Assembly (NCBI RefSeq): GCF_018977255.1
Contig: NW_024704742.1
Location: 49,974,001 to 50,038,000, forward strand
DNA length: 64,000 bases
DNA from: Callorhinchus milii
Taxonomy: Eukaryota
Direction of reading: 5' to 3'
The position numbers were made by a program, and so were the translations under genes. Below the pieces are notes generated by a model. That model was given only the letters and a program-made list of their open reading frames with translations. It was not told the origin of the DNA and did not search any database. Shown piece by piece: positions 12,713 to 27,154 of this stretch; positions within the stretch are counted from its first letter, which is position 1, and each line of letters opens with the position of its first letter.

Positions 12713-13359
12713 TCTGATTTCTTAAATGTTTGTATATCTACTATGGGGCCTGTCCACATTAGTGCTAATATTGGGCATGGTGCACTATTACTAATGTTCC
12801 CTAGCAACTTTAACCTCTTGGGCAAAATCCTGTCAAATCGACAACATTCGTAAATTAACGATTTGCCTCAGGATGTATCAGGACTGTCAAAACACAATGA
12901 AGCAATTTTATGCAGAGAGGCTAAATTCACATTAACTGTGGAAATGTTAAAGACATTAAACAGCTCCGCACATCAGTTAAATAACTGTCAGAGAAAAAGC
13001 AATATATTAGCGTTTTTCCCCTCAGAACACAATTTCTACAACTTTGGAAATAGAAGTTGGAGAGGAACGGAAAATGTACTTAAAGTGCATATAAGAGCAG
13101 CTAATCATGATTCCTTTGACAATTTGGACAATATCCACACATTATTGACTGCATTAAATACAGTGTTATAGCAAATAACTTTACATCCATTATTAGTTCT
13201 GCTCCTTATAGACATAGCTTCAAGCAGAGCTCAACTTTTAACACCATTTTCACACATCTCGCAGGGGATTTCTTCCATTATTAGTAAAATTAAAACCAAG
13301 AAATATGATATTCATACATCATGCTAATGAGATGGGAAGAAACAGATCTATATTTCACA

Positions 13360-13915
13360 ATAACAACAAATTGCATTTATAGAGCGCCTTTCGTGTTGAG
13401 AGGACGTCCCATGGCTCTGCACAGTCGAGGGTTTGAACCCGAGCTAGAAGTTCGAATCAGCAGGAGTGGGGGTTAAGGGGAGGTGGGAGTGAGGTGAAAG
13501 ATGGCCAAAGGTACAGTCAAAGAGGAATGTCTTGAGACAGGCCTTGAAGGAGGCAGAGGGAAGAGGCAAGGCGAAGGGCCTCCAGGATGGACTTCTAGAA
13601 AGTGAGGGTAGAAAGCTGAAAGCACGACCACCGATGGTGGGGTAGACAGGGCGGTGGACATGAAGCAAACCTGTGCTGAGGGTGGGGGATGTGGAGCTAG
13701 TGGCGCTGGGTGTGTGAGAGGACACAAGCTGTAGAGTTCTGAATGGTCTGCAGCTTGAGGAGCAAAGATTTGGAGTAGTCAAGCTGAGACATGATGAAAG
13801 CGTGGAAAAGGGATTCAGGGGCCAAGGGGAGAGGTAGTGGCAGACGTGGCAATGTTGCAGAGGTAGCGGAAAGCTGAATGGGTCAAGGCATGGATTTGGG
13901 GTTTAAAGGACAGTT
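13360..13915 (-). mobile_element. L2 3' fragment
   Basis: PTIGGRAFS...SFKACLKTFLFD remnant and L2 tail. Confidence 0.8.
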
Positions 13916-13945
13916 GAAAGTTATATTTATGTGTAGTTGCAAAAG

Positions 13946-14310
13946 TGTCAACTTGGCTTAGTTGGCAGCACTCTCACCTCTGGGTCAAAAGGTTGTGGAT
14001 TCAAGCTCCATATCAGGATTTTGAGCTCACAATTAGGATGACCTTCAGCCTAGTGGAATGCTGCATTGCCCAAGTGCTTTCTTTTGGATGAGATGTTAAG
14101 ATGGAGTCATATGTGCCTGTTCAGGTGAAAGAACCCAAGACATACTGAATAAAATGTTTTTCTGGTCATCAATCCTCCACATAAATTGGTCATTAGCTTC
14201 GTGGCTGTTTGTGTGGATTGTTGTGTGCAAATTGGCTAACCATTTTCCTACTCAGGTACTGAATTTCACAATAAATACTGTGAAGCACTTTGAAACATTT
14301 TATGTATATT
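13946..14310 (+). mobile_element. Old DeuSINE-like element (SacSINE1/AmnSINE1-type core)
   Basis: Head GCAGCACTCTCACCTCTGGGTCA...GGTTGTGGATTCAAG; core TGCTGCATTG...TTTTGGATGAGATGTTAA...CCTGTTCAGGTG; 3' body shared with the young SINE. Confidence 0.7.
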
Positions 14311-16289
14311 GCCAGGGCACGTGTAATGCTGAGAGGAAGTTTGTTAATTCACATTATTAGGCCCACATCAGCAGCCTCCAATATCCGTAAAATAAAAGTC
14401 CTTTTGTTTTATACCTTATTAACAGACAAACTGCTTGTCACCGAAGCTACGCATCACTGAATCTGGAATCAATATAAATCTCCAAGCCTGAAACTACATC
14501 ACAGCCTCAAGCAGTCATATACTTTAAATACCTGGTAACAGCTGGAGAGCAGCTCAGCTCCGGGCCTGAGAGGAATAAATGTGCAAAAGCTTCACAAATT
14601 CCAATACAGTTCTATCAATCAGGATGTGCAGCATCTTATCCTCGAATCACAGCAGCATGGAGCCCAGACAAAGTTGGTTTCCTTTCCCATACTACTCCTT
14701 CCCGAGACCATTACCGTGGCAATGAAGGTGGTGAGGGTTAGAAATGAAAGATCTCCCCACTCTCAGGCATCACAGAATAAAGCAATAGATGTCTAATTCC
14801 CACGTTTTGTTATTTATGTTTGTCCTCTCTCTCAATACCATAATAATACTCTTTGTAATATAATATTACAATATAATATTGTAATTAATATTAATATTAT
14901 CATAATATCAGTTCTGAAACTTTAAAATGTCTCAAAACGTTTAACAAAGAGTTTCTATCAAGTGGAATGTCAGGAGCACTCTGAAGCCCCATCCCACCTG
15001 AAGGGTGCTATATAAATACAAGTTGTTATTATGTATGGATGGAGAGGTGGAAGGCCAAGCCAGTAGATCAGGTACCATGTTAATGCTGACTATGTAGTTG
15101 TAACTCGTGAAAGGCATGCTAGTGCTTGTCCCTGCATAATCATTTTCAATAGGATATCTCTACTTTGGTACTCAACCTTTCAAAAGTCATTCTCTTCTTT
15201 TTTTGCCATCTCACCACTGTCCCCTCACCATCTCCTCTTCAGTGGCAGTGATAGCACAAATAGCTTTAAGTTGCACGTCCCTGTCATCTTTGGCCTAACG
15301 GGGCAGGAAGAGAAGAAGGAAGAGCTCTGAGACACTAATCTGCGTGGAAGGTGCGAAATAAGTGCAAGTTGTTGTTGTTGAAGAGGCGATGACATCCTCC
15401 TCCCAGTGCAATCCGGGTTTATACAATCTCAGCCTTTATAGAATCCAGAAATCCCAAGATTCTCTTCAATATATCCTGGGATTTCGGAGCACCATTACCA
15501 ACCGGCAACCACTACATCCTTCTGAATGTTAAAGGTGCTGTACCAAATGGAAGGTTTATTATTATTATTATTATTGACAATCATGGTGCACAGTGTGTGA
15601 GTACTAATCTGGGATTAAAATTAAGGAGGGATCAAACCATGCTTGTATCCAGTCAATAATTTATGACTGTTTTTACTATAAGGCTAAAATCAATGTGATA
15701 AGTATGTGCCTTTTTTACCCTTAGATTTCAAGAAACGCATCCAAAAATAGAATCTGTTCAGAAATAGGTTGAACTTTATTATTAAAATATCACCCATTTT
15801 TATAGCTTTTGTTCTATTCTGTTATCGCCTTCACACTTTCATACTATTTGCGTCTGCTTCAGAAGCTTTGCAGGATCAGGCATGAGAAACAACATCTTCT
15901 GTAACTAGTGTTCAGCACAGCCTCATAAATCAACTAGCAGGAGGTGTACAACCATTTGATATGGGTAACCTATCCTCCTCTGTCAGCTTATCCCCAGGCA
16001 GTGATGTACCAGCACTAGCTGGGAAGGAACAGAAATCTTGCTTTCCTGACGCATAAATTCTGTAATTAAGAGGATATTACTATAGCCACATAAAAAAAGA
16101 AGTCTGGCAAGCTGCCAAGCAGCAGGAGGTTTATAGTATTTCTCTTTTTGTAGCTGTTGGAATCTAAGTAAACAGTTCAGATTTCATTTGACCCTTAAAG
16201 TGATAAATCTTTGAATATAGCCACTTCATTCTTTTTGTTTGATTTCTTTTTCATTTTATTTAGCCTTGCTTCATTAATTGAGATCATTG

Positions 16290-16630
16290 TGCAGCCTGAC
16301 AGCTCAGTACAGCTTCGGAGGCATTGCATTGTCGGAGGTGCCATCTTTCAGATGAGATGTTGAAGCAAAGTCCGGCATATCTTTTCTTCAGGCGGACAGT
16401 TAAAAACCCTTCAAAACTATTTCAAAAGGAAAAGGGTGGGCGGGCGAGGGATCTCCTGATTTCCTGGTCAATGATACTCAGTTAAATTGGTCATTCACTT
16501 CATGTCTGTTTTTGGGACCTTGCTGTATGTAAAATAATTGCCAAGTTTGTCCACAAGTACAACCATTGCACTTTACAAAATGCTTTGAAGCATTTCAATG
16601 TGATAAGATGCTATGCAGTGCAACCTCTTT
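16290..16630 (+). mobile_element. Old DeuSINE-like element
   Basis: Core TGCATTGTCGGAGGTGCCATCTTTCAGATGAGATGTT. Confidence 0.7.
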
Positions 16631-16709
16631 CTTTTGTAATACTAATATTGTCTCGTGTAGCCACCGATTCTCAATTATAATATCCTGTTCTTGCAAACCC
16701 TATTATACT

Positions 16710-17150
16710 AGTAGTGGAGTTAGTGACAAGGGCATAGGTATAAATTGGTTACAGTAAGAGCAAGAGTAAAGCTTAGGAAGCTTAGGTAAAAAAAAATTCA
16801 CATTTTTTTCTCGCAGTTGGGATGTGGAATGCCGTTAGTTGGTAGAGGTAGAGTCCATTATATGTTTCAAAAGAGAAGTAGACAGGCATATGAAAGCTAG
16901 AGGCTTGAAGCACATGAGGATAAAGCAAGACAGTAGGATTGATAGAAACATAGAAACATAGAACAAGAGTAGGCCATTCAGTCCCTGAGCCTGTTCTGCC
17001 ATTCTACAAGTTCATGGCTGATCTGTATGCCAAGTCTAATTACCCGCTCTTGCCCTGAATTCCTTAATAACCTGACCTAACAAATAGCTATCCACTTCAG
17101 TCTTGAAGATGTGTATGGATCCAGTATCCACAGCCTTTTGGGGAAGAGAG
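16710..17150. mobile_element. Two old CR1 3' fragments, tail to tail
   Basis: A plus-strand ORF2-end remnant is followed by a minus-strand tail starting at (ATAGAAAC)2 ...AGTAGGCCATTCAG. Confidence 0.55.
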
Positions 17151-17334
17151 TTCCAGCTTGCTCTGAGCACAGATCTGGCGTATGATTCTATAACTCCCCA
17201 GCTTCTTTCAACACAAGCTGCAAACCAGACAGAACACTGCAGCTTGTGTCCCCTCCCACACCAACTCCTATACCGTTGCCCCCCCCCCCCCCCCCACCCC
17301 CAAGCTTATCTTAGCTCCACTGACTGTCCATCCC

Positions 17335-17735
17335 CCAGTGAATTGAATTCAAGATCCTTGTCCCTTGACACTTTTGCTCTACTCTGCCTCTGTAACCTCC
17401 TACAACCCTACCGCCCTAGCCACTGCTCCACTTAGCAAACGTGGGCTGCTTCATGTCCCCACCAGATCTGCGTTATCATCAGTAGGTGAACTATCAGCCA
17501 TTCTGTCTCACTCTATAGAACTCCATCCTGGAGTCCCTCCGCCTTGCCCTCTCTTCCCAACTTCAAAGCCCAGTTTAAGACCCATTCTTTTGACTGTGCT
17601 TTCGATCACTTTCCCCACCATCCTCCTCAGCATCCTCCAACCCACCTCAGACTCCCAGACAGCTGTGTGGAACACTTTGTGACATCCTTGTGATGTGCTA
17701 GGTGTTTTATAAATGTAAAGTGTTATTGTTGTTGA
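17335..17735 (+). mobile_element. L2 3' fragment
   Basis: Degenerate similarity to other L2 3' ends; tail ...TATAAATGTAAAGTGTTATTGTTGTTG. Confidence 0.7.
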
Positions 17736-20700
17736 AAAGGTATTAAACATGAATGATTATTGCAAAGATAATAGTACAGTTCTGGCTAACTAAAAGTAAA
17801 GAGTAAATAATACCAGTAATGCCATTGAACCCCATATCTACATCATTATAAAGCATAGCCAAATGTGTGCATGTTAAACAGACAAATAAACCTGTCCCCA
17901 AAAATGACTACAACCATTTCAAGAATAATGGCAGCTTTACGGCAATGGCCTCACCAGCGGCTGCAAATATTGTTCACAACAGACTGAATCTGCAGCAATT
18001 CCTTGAAATTGGTTTGCATTTGTATATGGAACAACTGAGCGATGGTATTTTAGGTGTTGTACCTTTCCAACAAAGTCAAAACATTCCCTCTATGTGTCTC
18101 AGAAGTGTTGTGTCTGTGAAATCTGAAGGTGTTTGTTAATCAAATCTAGGCAATCGGAGCCATGAACAGCTGATCATTTGAAATAGTTTATTGTTATGGT
18201 CAGCTTTAGCTTGTAGCTTATATTTTGAGATGGTGGAGATTTTTTTTTCCCCAGACCTTTGTCAAAAATGTAGCGATGTACACCATAGCTTCTCTCCGTG
18301 CTGCCTGCAGTCCTTGTTTCACTTGGTGTCTCTTGATCTTTGTGTTCAACAGAAGGTTGCCCCTGGTTGTTTGAAGTGCCATTGTTTGGAGCACTGGTCA
18401 TCCCAAAGGAGTATTTGGGGGAAAAGAAACAGTTCCAATCACCAGACATCAGCAAATGTGAAATGGGCCACATGAAGAAAGTGAAATCAACATGTTGATC
18501 ATCTAAGATAATCTGGGAGACTTTCAAAGTGGTTGCACAGGTATTCACTGCAGGTTAGGGTGCATGCACGAGAACCATGATAAACTGTCTGAGCCCAAGT
18601 GACACCAAACAATTTGGAGGAAAATCTTGACCTGTTTGTGAGTGCCACTTAGTCTCCTTATTACCTCCAACAAAAAGGCTTGCGCAGTGTGGCGAAAGAA
18701 AATTTTCATTCTGTTTTTTTCTGGTGCAGTTGTGCAGATGTTTTAAGATGCTTTAAAGCTCTAGCTGACCTTCAAAATGCTTTCTTTTGGAAGTTGGGAG
18801 TTTAAGCATAATTCCTCCTCCCCACAATATCTAGCGAATTGTGAAGTGGTATCCTATAAATGTCATTGAGTGTGGCTTTGCATTTGAATGTGGGTAGGGA
18901 GAGACAAATTGGATAATAATAATAATAATAATAATCCTTGCATTTGATATAGCGCTTTTCATGTCTCCAAGACGTCTCAAAACGCTTCACAGAATATGCT
19001 GTATGGACTCCAGGATAGAGTTCCACAGGGATAGGTGACAGAATGGCTAAAACAAATGGTGGACAGGATAGGGTGGGGGACATGAGCAGGCCAAAGGGAG
19101 CAGGATTGCAGGAGGTCACAGAGCAAAAAAAAATATTTAGTTGATGGAAAATTGCATGGAATTTAGTCACCTAACTGTTTAATCCAGGCCCTTGTATAAG
19201 GGGCTTTAGCAAAAGAGATAAGCTTCCAATAAGATGACAGTGCAGTTAGAGTTTAGTATAGGTCGGATTTAGTATAACCCCTCTCCCTGCCCATATCCTT
19301 GGTACAATGGTTGTACCCAAGGATTTCTACACGATATAGCCAATCATGGAGATAATAATAATCTTTGTATTTGATATAGCGCCTTATCACATATTCGAGA
19401 TGTCTCAAAGCGCTTCACAGAATATACTGTAAAGTTAATTGACTTTATATTTTGTGGGCAAAACAAGGCAGTCATTTGTGCACAGCAATGTCCCACAAAT
19501 AGTCGGTCGATAGGCATCGTCTTTGAATGTCATTGAATGTGGCTTAAGTGCAGCTAAAACAGGATAATTCAAGTTGTGATCCTGTAAAGCAGCATCCAAA
19601 TGCAAATGAAATTCAAATCAAATGGGGTATACAGGTACAAAGTTGACACTCATTTATTTTTAAAATGGTACATTCCAGCAGATAAAAGTCAATACTTTTA
19701 GAATGGCTTAAATTTTGAAGTGTTTTATAATGTGCTTGTTGTGACAATAATCACATTGAATGAATGCACTGTGCAACGCCATAAATGTCACCCCTACATG
19801 ATACAATTTCCACTCTCTCATGTTAGCAGTTGACCATGCAGAAATCTTTAAGTTTAGTCTGTCAACGTTTTCATGTTGAGAAAGAGCTACAGGTTAACAT
19901 TTGCAATTAGGGTGGAAAGTGTTGACTAATTTTAATGAAATAGCTGTCAGGAAAAACAGTCACGCCTGATGACTAATCCCCCAAAAACTTGTAGGTTTTA
20001 ATTGAATCGGATATTTCATTTATTTTTACAGTAAACTTATAAAGGAAGGGCAAAGAGCAACAGTTCTGTACAGTTGCATCAAGACGGGTAGTTTAACCAT
20101 CAGAGAACTGAAGAGGCTTTCTGTATTGAAATTAATAAAATTAGAATTCTTAATTGAATCAAAGCATCCTGTAAATTAAGGAATCACTTATGGTTTAATA
20201 ATTCCTACAATTTTATATTGCATTTAATATAATTCAGATACCATACATAATAAATGGCATCAATATGAATTTTGTGACACAATGTATACTACTCAAAGTG
20301 TGAAAAAATCCAGCAAACTATTTGCCGACAGGTAAATAGTAACACATTATGAAACATTGACAAATGTATGGTGAATGATGCCATTAATCGTGACAGTACG
20401 GTTGAATAGAATTTTCTGAATCCTTCATGTTTCATGTTTCATATATCTTCAGGCCATACAATATTTATAAATACTTGGTAGAAGATGTTTCAGTGAAGAG
20501 GGGTGCCCAAAATTGCATGCAGTATTTGAAATGTGGCCTTACTAATGATCTGTGAATATGTCCGTATTTACTTTTTCTTGCCACTTAATTAATTTGTAAA
20601 GTTTACAAAAACATTTGTAAATTACAAATCCTGCAAGTATCCAAATGCGTCTCAGGACAACCCTCTGAAATTCTGCTGAGACACCAGTTTTCCACAGAGA

Positions 20701-20834
20701 ACTAGGAGCCTTCTTTAACCCAGTTTCACAGAACTGAAAACTGAACTGGGAAGAGATGCTTTCTTCATGGAAATCACCGTCAAGCAAATCTCCCAGTGCA
20801 GTGAACTGCAGCACATAACGTTAGTAACCAACAA

Positions 20835-21200
20835 TAATAGCATTTTTATAACATCTATAATGCTAAGGCGCTTCACAGGCAATTGCTGTCACGTGCATTA
20901 GTGAGCCAACACAGACAGCCAATTTACACACAAATGGACCCAAAATAACTATGAAGAAAATCATCAATTATTCAAGAGAATTGTTGATGAGGGCACTGGG
21001 AGAAATTCCCTTCTCTTTTCAACTGAACAGGCAGACCAGACCTTGGTTTAAAATCTCATCCGAAGAACAATTAACAATGTAGTGCTCCTCTGTAGTTCGA
21101 TGGAATGTCAATCTCGACTGTGAACTCAAAGTTCTGATGTAAGGTTTGAACTCACCCACAGCCTTTGAACGTAGAGATGAGATTGCTTGCAACTGAGTCA
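20835..21200 (-). mobile_element. Old DeuSINE-like element
   Basis: Reverse-complement core (CTGAACAGGCAGAC...GGTTTAAAATCTCATCCGAA) with head and tail remnants. Confidence 0.7.
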
Positions 21201-21739
21201 ATTTGATTCCAACAAACATAGGAATTAACTATTTTAAGAATGTGTAAAGAGAATGGAGTGTTGCATTCCATTAAACAAGTGTCTACTATATCTTAGTAAA
21301 ACAGCCTCTATTGCCATCTCATGCGGAAAGACTGAAAGGTCTTTCAGGGCAATGGGAAACATGCCTGCTGGTTTCATGTCAATATGTTGAGTAAATTGAC
21401 GGGAGAGGAAATCTGGTCTGTCAAGACTATCTGGTCAAATTGCCTAATAGTGTGTAATGTGGCCGTGTCAGAAGTCATCAGTTCTTCTGGATGCTACAAT
21501 GACAATTTTTCAGTGCCTCACAAAACAATCATGCCCTTGGTGTGTGGCATATTCAGTATTTCTTATAGTGGGTGATATGATTCCCTCAATTTTCTGTGGT
21601 AGACTCTCAGAACTGGCATGTCACAATCTAGAGGTCCACCAAAGGATTCTGGCTCAGCTGTGAGGTGCTCCTGTTGCTCAACAGCAGTCACCAGTATAAA
21701 TCTTGGATCCTGGATTTTGGGAAGCTGTACTTCAGTGCC

Positions 21740-22951
21740 CACATGAAACTGACCACCTGCTCCCTCAACCCCATCCCTAAACCCTCTCCTTATCTCCCAG
21801 CTCCATCTTTTTGCCCCTTTACTCACAGACATCATAAACTTCTCCCTGTCCACTGATACCATTCCCACTCCTTTAAAAATGGCTGTCATCACTCCTATCC
21901 TTAAGAAACTTTCCCTGGATCCATTCCTGCTCTCAAACTACCACCCCATCTCCAGCCTCTCTTTCCTCTCCAAGGTCCTGGAACAAGCTGTTGTTTCCCA
22001 GCTTCGCTCCTTCCTGTCTCGTCTCTCCCTTCACGAACCCCTCCAATTGGGTTTCCGGGCCGCCCACAGCATAGAAACAGCCCTGGTCAAAGTGACAAAT
22101 GATATTCTGTCCATCTGCGACCAGGGCTCCCTCTGCCTCCTCATCCTCCTTGACCTTTCTGCTGCCTTCGACACTGTTGACCACTCTATCCTCATCCACC
22201 ACCTCTCCTCTCACCTCAACCTTCACGGTTCTGTCCTTGAATGGTTCAGATCATCCTTTCACATCCACTCCACTTCATCTCCACAAACGTTTCTCCTCTA
22301 GCCCCTGCACCATCTTGTGTGGCGTTCCTCAGGGCTCTGTCCTTGGTCCCCTCCTCTTCAACATCTATATGCTCCCTCTTGGTGACATCATCCACATACA
22401 TGGGGCCAACTTCCACATGTATGCGGATGACACCCAACTGTATCTCTCTGCCTCCACCCTTGACTCCAGGACCACTGTAGACCAGACAGAATGTCTGTCA
22501 GACATCAAGTCTTGAATGAGAGCTAAGTTTCTTCAGTTGAACGTCAACAAGACTGAGGCTCTCCTGATTGGCTCCCGTCAGCGCCTCCACACTTCAGGCG
22601 CTGACAGCATCACCATCCATGGTTTCATACTCCACCTCACTGAGCCAGTCTGGAACCTTGGCATCTTGTTTGACCCTCAACTATCCTTTCTACCCCACAT
22701 CCATGCCATGACCTGCTCTGCCTTCCCCTACGTCCGCAACATCCCCCAGCTCCACCACTGTCTCACACCACAGGCCACCGAAACCCTCATACACACATTC
22801 ATAACATCGAGGCTTGACTATGCAAACTCTTTGCTTGTCGGCCTCCCCAAATCCTCCCTCCATAGGCTGCAGATAATCCAGAACTCTGCAGCCCGTGTCC
22901 TCTCGTGCACCAGGCGTTATACAAATATAATTTTGTTGTTGTTGTTGTTGT
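21740..22951 (+). mobile_element. L2-clade LINE RT fragment
   Basis: ORFs with [43 protein letters not shown] and SRLDYANSLL. Frameshifts and a stop are present. Ends in (TTG)n. Confidence 0.92.
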
Positions 22952-22979
22952 GCTGGAATCTTTTACTCCGATGTGTTTA

Positions 22980-23330
22980 ATAATAACAATCCTTGCATTT
23001 CATATTGTGCCTTGCACATTGGGAAGAAGTTTCAAAGTGCTTCACAGGCTTTTACTGTAAAGTGTAATTACTGTGTATTTCATAGGTGAACACAGCAGCC
23101 AATTTGGAGATTGTTGGCTGGGTCAGGTCATCAATATCCACCTGAACAGACAAACAGGAGCTCGATTTAAAGTCTCATATGAAGGACAGCAGAACAGCAC
23201 AGCCAATAATGCCGCACTTCTACACCTGAGAATCAATCAGTTTACACAGTGAGTTCAAAGTCCTGATGTGGACTTTGAATCGACAATCTTCTGAGGGGAG
23301 AATGCTACCATCTGAACTAGGCTGACACCA
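22980..23330 (-). mobile_element. Old DeuSINE-like element
   Basis: CCACCTGAACAGACAAAC...TTTAAAGTCTCAT core with head and tail remnants. Confidence 0.7.
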
Positions 23331-26300
23331 AGTTTCCATTATGACTATTTGATGGGTTCTTTGAGTGATTGTTTGAGTTCTTTGAGTTACTCTAATCGAT
23401 TCTTGGAATTCTTTATGGTAAACATAGGAGGTGAAGTTCAGTACTGAATGTGAGGTAATACACGAAAATCTGTTGTATGTGCACTCTAAAGGTATCAAAG
23501 GTAAGTGATAAGCTAATTTATTTACCTCAAATTCAGAAACCAATTATGGAGACAGACCATTATTACCTCGGGGCTTACAAGATGTTTGTAACATTATTGG
23601 CATCGAAGTTAGAAAGAAGCATGTGGTGGCCATTGCTTTGTTATTATTCAAGCATATTTTCTCAGTGTCCTGTGCAGTGAAGCAGGTGTTTCTATTGTTC
23701 CACAGTGCCGCTTCTATAACCCTTTTGAGAGAATAAGTTAATTGTCTACAACCTTCTATCTGTTTCAGTCACTTGTGCATCTATTAGCTTTTTTTAACAA
23801 CTGCCCTATTTTTGGTCTCTGTTATTGATATCATTTGAGTTCCAAATAACGCATCCAATCTTTTTCTGGTCTTTTCACATAATAATCAAATTTGCATCTC
23901 AATAAATACAAGATATAAAAAATGGTCTTAAATATCTTGTTTCTACCATTATAATTCCCAACCTTTATTGCTGCGTAAATCAAAAGATTATTGATTAATT
24001 TTACCTAACCTTTAATTTCATGGTACAACTCAATCCTCTTCTATTGCACTCAAATTGTGCATTCAGGATAAGAGTGGGCTCAGCACCTGAAACACCGAGA
24101 TGGCTCCGTGATGCTGCAGAAACAATGAAAATGGAGGAATTAAAGAAGACAAATTCGGAAGGGATTACTCAGTATGGCGTAAATAGAATACAATATAATT
24201 TATACTATATAGCACCTTTCATGTAAGGAAGACACCTCAAAGCGCTTGACAATCCTGGCTGGGCACCAGAGTTTAGGGTGGCAGCCGAGGGAAGAGAGGA
24301 GAGCAAATAGAACGGACAAAGAGGTACATCCTGACACAGGCCTTGAATGAGATGAGTTAGGGAGTGAGCAGGGACAGAATGGCTAAAAGCCCACCCGACA
24401 ATGCTAGGGTGGATAGGGTGGGCAACATGAAGCAGTCTAATGTTCGCTGAGCAAAGGGATAGTGTGATTGAAAGAGATTGCAGAGGTAAAGTGGGGCAAG
24501 ACCGTGGAGGGATTTAAACGTGAATCATCGAACAGTAAGACAACAGTGGGTTTCATAAAGGATTTCAAAGTTAAAACTTCTCATATGGAGTTATTCCTGC
24601 ATTCCAAGCCTATACATCTATACAAAATTTGTTTGGAGGAGAGGCTGGTAGGAGGTCTCATGAATTAAAAATAAAGACTTTTGCGGATATTCCTGAACCC
24701 ATTCCTTGCACTAGTTAACACAGAGAATGGGTTAAGAAACTATTGCAAACTCCTTATTCTATTATATTTGGGAAAGTCTTCAAGGGAGTAACATGCCTTC
24801 ATTATTCTCTACATTAGATTAGCCTCCCTGTAAGTCAAGGCATTCTAACTGATAACCATGGGAGAAAGTCCCAAGGCAATGAAGTAATACATTCTGCGGA
24901 AGATTTATATTGTTAATTGTAATCTGGAATTCAACGCAGCAGCAGTCACACTGCAGCCAATCATTTTCTGAGTCATCAATTCAAGCGGAAAACTCTGCTC
25001 CCACACAAAATGAAAACCCAATAAAGTGTCAGAGCGCTCACTCTGGAATGAATTGAACATGCTGAGGATAACATGCCTTTTAGTCGGTGAGAATGATTTT
25101 ACAGGATGAGTTCATATCTAAGAAATATTGTAAGGAAAGTTTCAATTGTTGCTTTTATAATCAAGTTTGTGTTTTAAATGAATCCAATCTCGAGTGCAGA
25201 GGATGAGGCTGATGATTTTTCTTGAATCAAACACATCTGATAATTTAGAAGCTCCTTCCCAAGGCAATCATAGAGTACGGCTGATCTGTCATTAACAATG
25301 GTTGTGGTTTTATGCCACAGGCAGGCCATTGGATATGGCAAGATTTTGAAACTGCTATTTATTACCATTCACATGTGTGGAGAAAAGTGGAAGAGCCTAT
25401 CGAACCTAAGAAGATAATGCAGTTCCAAAATGAATCACCTGCAGCTAATGTAACAGAGGTATTCCAATTTTAACATATCTCATCCTCTCACAGGACCTGG
25501 CTTCTCCTTGTTCTCTCTCAGACTGAACCTACCTCTCCCTACACACTCCCCTCTCAGACTGGACCCACCTCCCCCTGATTCTTGTTTAAACTCAACTCCC
25601 TTGTTTCCTTCTCTGCTCCTTCCAGCTCAGTATAATATCTACAGTATAATAACAGGAGTGCATAACAAATCCTGAGTCCATCTCTGGTAGAAGGACGTGA
25701 GAAGGGGATTCACATTTTGTGGTGCTTTCCCAGCAACAGACCCATTCTACGTATCACTCAGATAACTTGGCAGATGGCTCACCAGCAGATGTTTTGTCCA
25801 CATCTTTGCTGAGGGGTGTCTGTCTGGTTAAGCAGCATCTGGGACATGTATGTCAACATTTCTTATCGGGGACAAGTAAATAGTCAATAGAGAAGCTAGC
25901 TGCCTAACACTGAGCCCCCAAAAACAGTTCTGCTTTGTAATTATTTTTCCAAATTTGCATTTTTTATTAGGTGCTGGTTATTATCTTGTTGGCTGTGAGC
26001 TCCTCTGTGATTTATTGGATCCTGGCATCTGCATTCTGATTCAAGCAGCAGTAACACTCCTTGGAGACCTGCCACTTTGAGCAAAGCATCCTTTGTTGCC
26101 TGGCAACAATATCCAGCACTGCTAAAGGGCAACTACATGCTTGCACTAACAATTTGATCATAGCTCAGTTCTGATATATGATTAGTATTGTTTTCTGCTT
26201 GACTTTACAAGGGTACGCTTTAGGAGCCTGTGACCTCATTTCCTGGGTTAGTGCTGTATTTTTAATAGGTTCACGACCTTAGGATTGGTTGCCTGTTGGA

Positions 26301-27154
26301 GGCAATTGCTGGCATCAAAATGAGTGTGACTAATCGGCAAACTATCATCAAAGGTAGACGGTTGCCATTGACATCATTGCTTTTAAGACAGAAATAAGAC
26401 CTTATACAATGTAGCAACAACAACTTGCATTTATATAATGCCATTCACATAGAATAATGTCTCGGAGTGCTTCACAGTGGTGGGGTTGGAAGCTGAGCTA
26501 GAAAGAAGGGGTGGAATGGCATGTGTCCATAGTGTGGTAAATGAGATAGGTTTTAAGGGGATCTAAAGATATGAAAGAGGCAGAGTTCCAGCAGGCTTAA
26601 GTAAACTGAGTTTAGGGGTGGGCAGAGGAGCTGGGATATGAGGAGAAACTCAGAAATTAAACACATTTCCTGCAGATTTGGTGCAAATTCATACAGCTAA
26701 TACATTTAATAGTTGCCTTCAAATCCTGGTGACAACTAGTTCAGTGTAAAAATCAATGATCTTTGACTATTGAAACAATATCCATCCACAGAACAAAAAT
26801 CAAAATAAGCTTGAATATGCCTGTGATCATCCATTCCATGGAGGACTCAAACTCCCCATTCTCATATCCTCTCAGATTGATAGCAGAAGGCAGTAAAATT
26901 GAATAGATTTTGTTTTTTAAGAAACAAACTGAACACTGACAAAATAAGCAGGGCATCAATTTTCATTGTGTGATTTTGTTTTCACGAAGTTAAACTAACT
27001 TCATGAATACAAACTCACACAATGAAAATTTAAGAGTTCAAAAAACACATTGACATATTAGGTCCTAGCATATTGGTAGATTATCTAAGTGTGTGTGATA
27101 TCTACACAATAGGAAATAACACTCTGGAATTTTCACCTCTGCTAACAAGAAAAG

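Noticed and set aside
12370..12853. 93- and 151-aa ORFs
   Set aside because: They arise from CA/GA low-complexity sequence.
18174..18548. 124-aa minus-strand ORF
   Set aside because: Non-ATG start, no recognisable homology and no supporting exon structure.
19295..19324. 13-bp hairpin ATCCTTGGTACAA/TTGTACC(C)AAGGAT (also the 14-bp palindrome at 48882-48895)
   Set aside because: Isolated and short, with no TSD or supporting context, so no function can be inferred.
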